NCBI GenBank assembly: GCA_050309765.1 | Contig: JBNRMU010000058.1 | Span: forward strand, 1-58,846 | Source of the DNA: Christensenellales bacterium | GTDB taxonomy: Bacteria > Bacillota > Clostridia > Christensenellales > UBA1750 | DNA length: 58,846 nucleotides | Direction of reading: 5' to 3' | Part shown: one piece after another, positions 58,258 to 58,846 of the stretch | Layout: the number at the start of each line of letters is the position of its first letter | How positions within the stretch are numbered: the first letter of the stretch is position 1 | The notes under the pieces: generated by a model | Database searches by the model: none | What the model saw: the letters and a program-made list of their open reading frames with translations, nothing else | What the model was told of the DNA's origin: nothing | Made by a program: the position numbers and the translations under genes

Positions 58258-58464
58258 TTATCTTTCCACCGTGATGACCACGTCGGGGCACATGCGCGCA
58301 CAGCTGGCGCAGCCGATGCAGGCGCTCTGGTCGCTGCACTCGGCCGGATGATAGCCCTTGACGTTGATGCGCACGGGCGCCAGGCGCAAAATACCCTTGG
58401 GGCAGGCTTCCACGCACAGGCCGCAGCCCTTGCAGCTTTCTTCGTTGAATGTAACCTTGGCCAT
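58258..58464 (-). CDS. 4Fe-4S ferredoxin-type delta subunit of the OFOR
   Basis: Start at ATG 58464 (GGAGGG 7 nt upstream). Two CxxCxxCxxxCP clusters (CKGCGLCVEACP, CIGCASCARMCP); 68 aa. Confidence 0.85.
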   Translation of the reverse strand: MAKVTFNEESCKGCGLCVEACPKGILRLAPVRINVKGYHPAECSDQSACIGCASCARMCPDVVITVER

Positions 58465-58528
58465 CTGAGTCCCTCCAATATTTTCCGAACGATTGCTTGC
58501 AAATACACAAATACGTCCGTTTAGTTTC

Positions 58529-58562
58529 ATATTAGGATAAACCCGGGACGCGCATCTGTCAA
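58529..58562 (-). promoter_or_regulatory. Possible promoter of the OFOR operon
   Basis: Minus strand: TTGACA, then either TATCCT at 17-nt spacing or TAATAT at 22-nt spacing. The -10 assignment is ambiguous. Confidence 0.35.
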
Positions 58563-58617
58563 CGCCGCTTTTTGGCAATTTGCTTTAAAACTTCTTTGCG
58601 TTTTTTCACATAAAAAA

Positions 58618-58644
58618 CGGAGGGACCATCGTCCGGCCCCTCCG
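58618..58644 (-). terminator. Intrinsic terminator on the minus strand with no protein gene upstream of it in the window
   Basis: CGGAGGGGCC..loop..GGTCCCTCCG stem followed by TTTTTTAT on the minus strand. Confidence 0.6.
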
Positions 58645-58846
58645 CTACCTGCAGGCTTGTGTTTTTATTTCTCCCTTTTTACAAAAGTGTTTTTATTGTA
58701 CAAACCGGAATTTGAAAACCACATTTTTATAAGTGGTTATTAACCCTCACAGGGTTTTAATAAAATCCTCCGAAAGCCTTGAAAATAAAGGGTTTATCGC
58801 AAAATGCTCACCTTAACTTATTATACGATTTCACTTACGTTTATTC

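Noticed and set aside
58665-58724. 19-codon minus-strand ORF (MWFSNSGLYNKNTFVKREK) in the AT-rich terminal segment, considered as a type I toxin or leader peptide.
   Set aside because: It has no Shine-Dalgarno sequence, is not hydrophobic and has no regulatory codon run. A non-coding interpretation is preferred.

Overview
This is a high-GC, Gram-positive-type (Clostridia-like) chromosomal core segment. I call about 50 protein genes. I found no rRNA or tRNA genes, no CRISPR array, and no transposase or integrase. From about 21 kb to 58.5 kb nearly everything is on the minus strand. Recognisable blocks, in order: (1) rpsB-tsf-pyrH. (2) A dienelactone-hydrolase plus anSME-like radical-SAM pair. 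(3) xth, rmuC, and htpG preceded by a perfect CIRCE operator. (4) hisC, then a VOC gene flanked by two identical 27-nt hairpins. (5) An isolated endolysin / small membrane protein / holin cassette. (6) A long co-directional array: ylqF-rnhB-yraN-[1241-aa GT-C glycosyltransferase + gtrA]-comM-dprA-topA-trmFO-hslV-hslU. (7) A CotH / VTC / DUF4956 operon. (8) recR-ybaB, rny, rimO-pgsA-cinA-recA, ftsK and scpA-scpB. (9) A 2-oxoacid:ferredoxin oxidoreductase operon (delta-alpha-beta-gamma) coupled to araD. Many long ORFs in the track are antisense shadows of these genes, which is typical of high-GC DNA. The observations I consider most worth following up are listed here. (a) dprA carries an in-frame TGA inside its conserved N-terminal motif. 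(b) The CotH kinase - VTC polyphosphate-polymerase-like - DUF4956 operon is uncharacterised. (c) A giant two-module GT-C glycosyltransferase with carbohydrate-binding domains, plus GtrA, is wedged into an otherwise housekeeping array. (d) The orphan lysis or secretion cassette lies directly after hslU. (e) An AT-rich non-coding segment at the right edge of the window has a -10 box and an intrinsic terminator. I see no canonical defence system. All functional calls rest on motif recognition by eye and need database confirmation.
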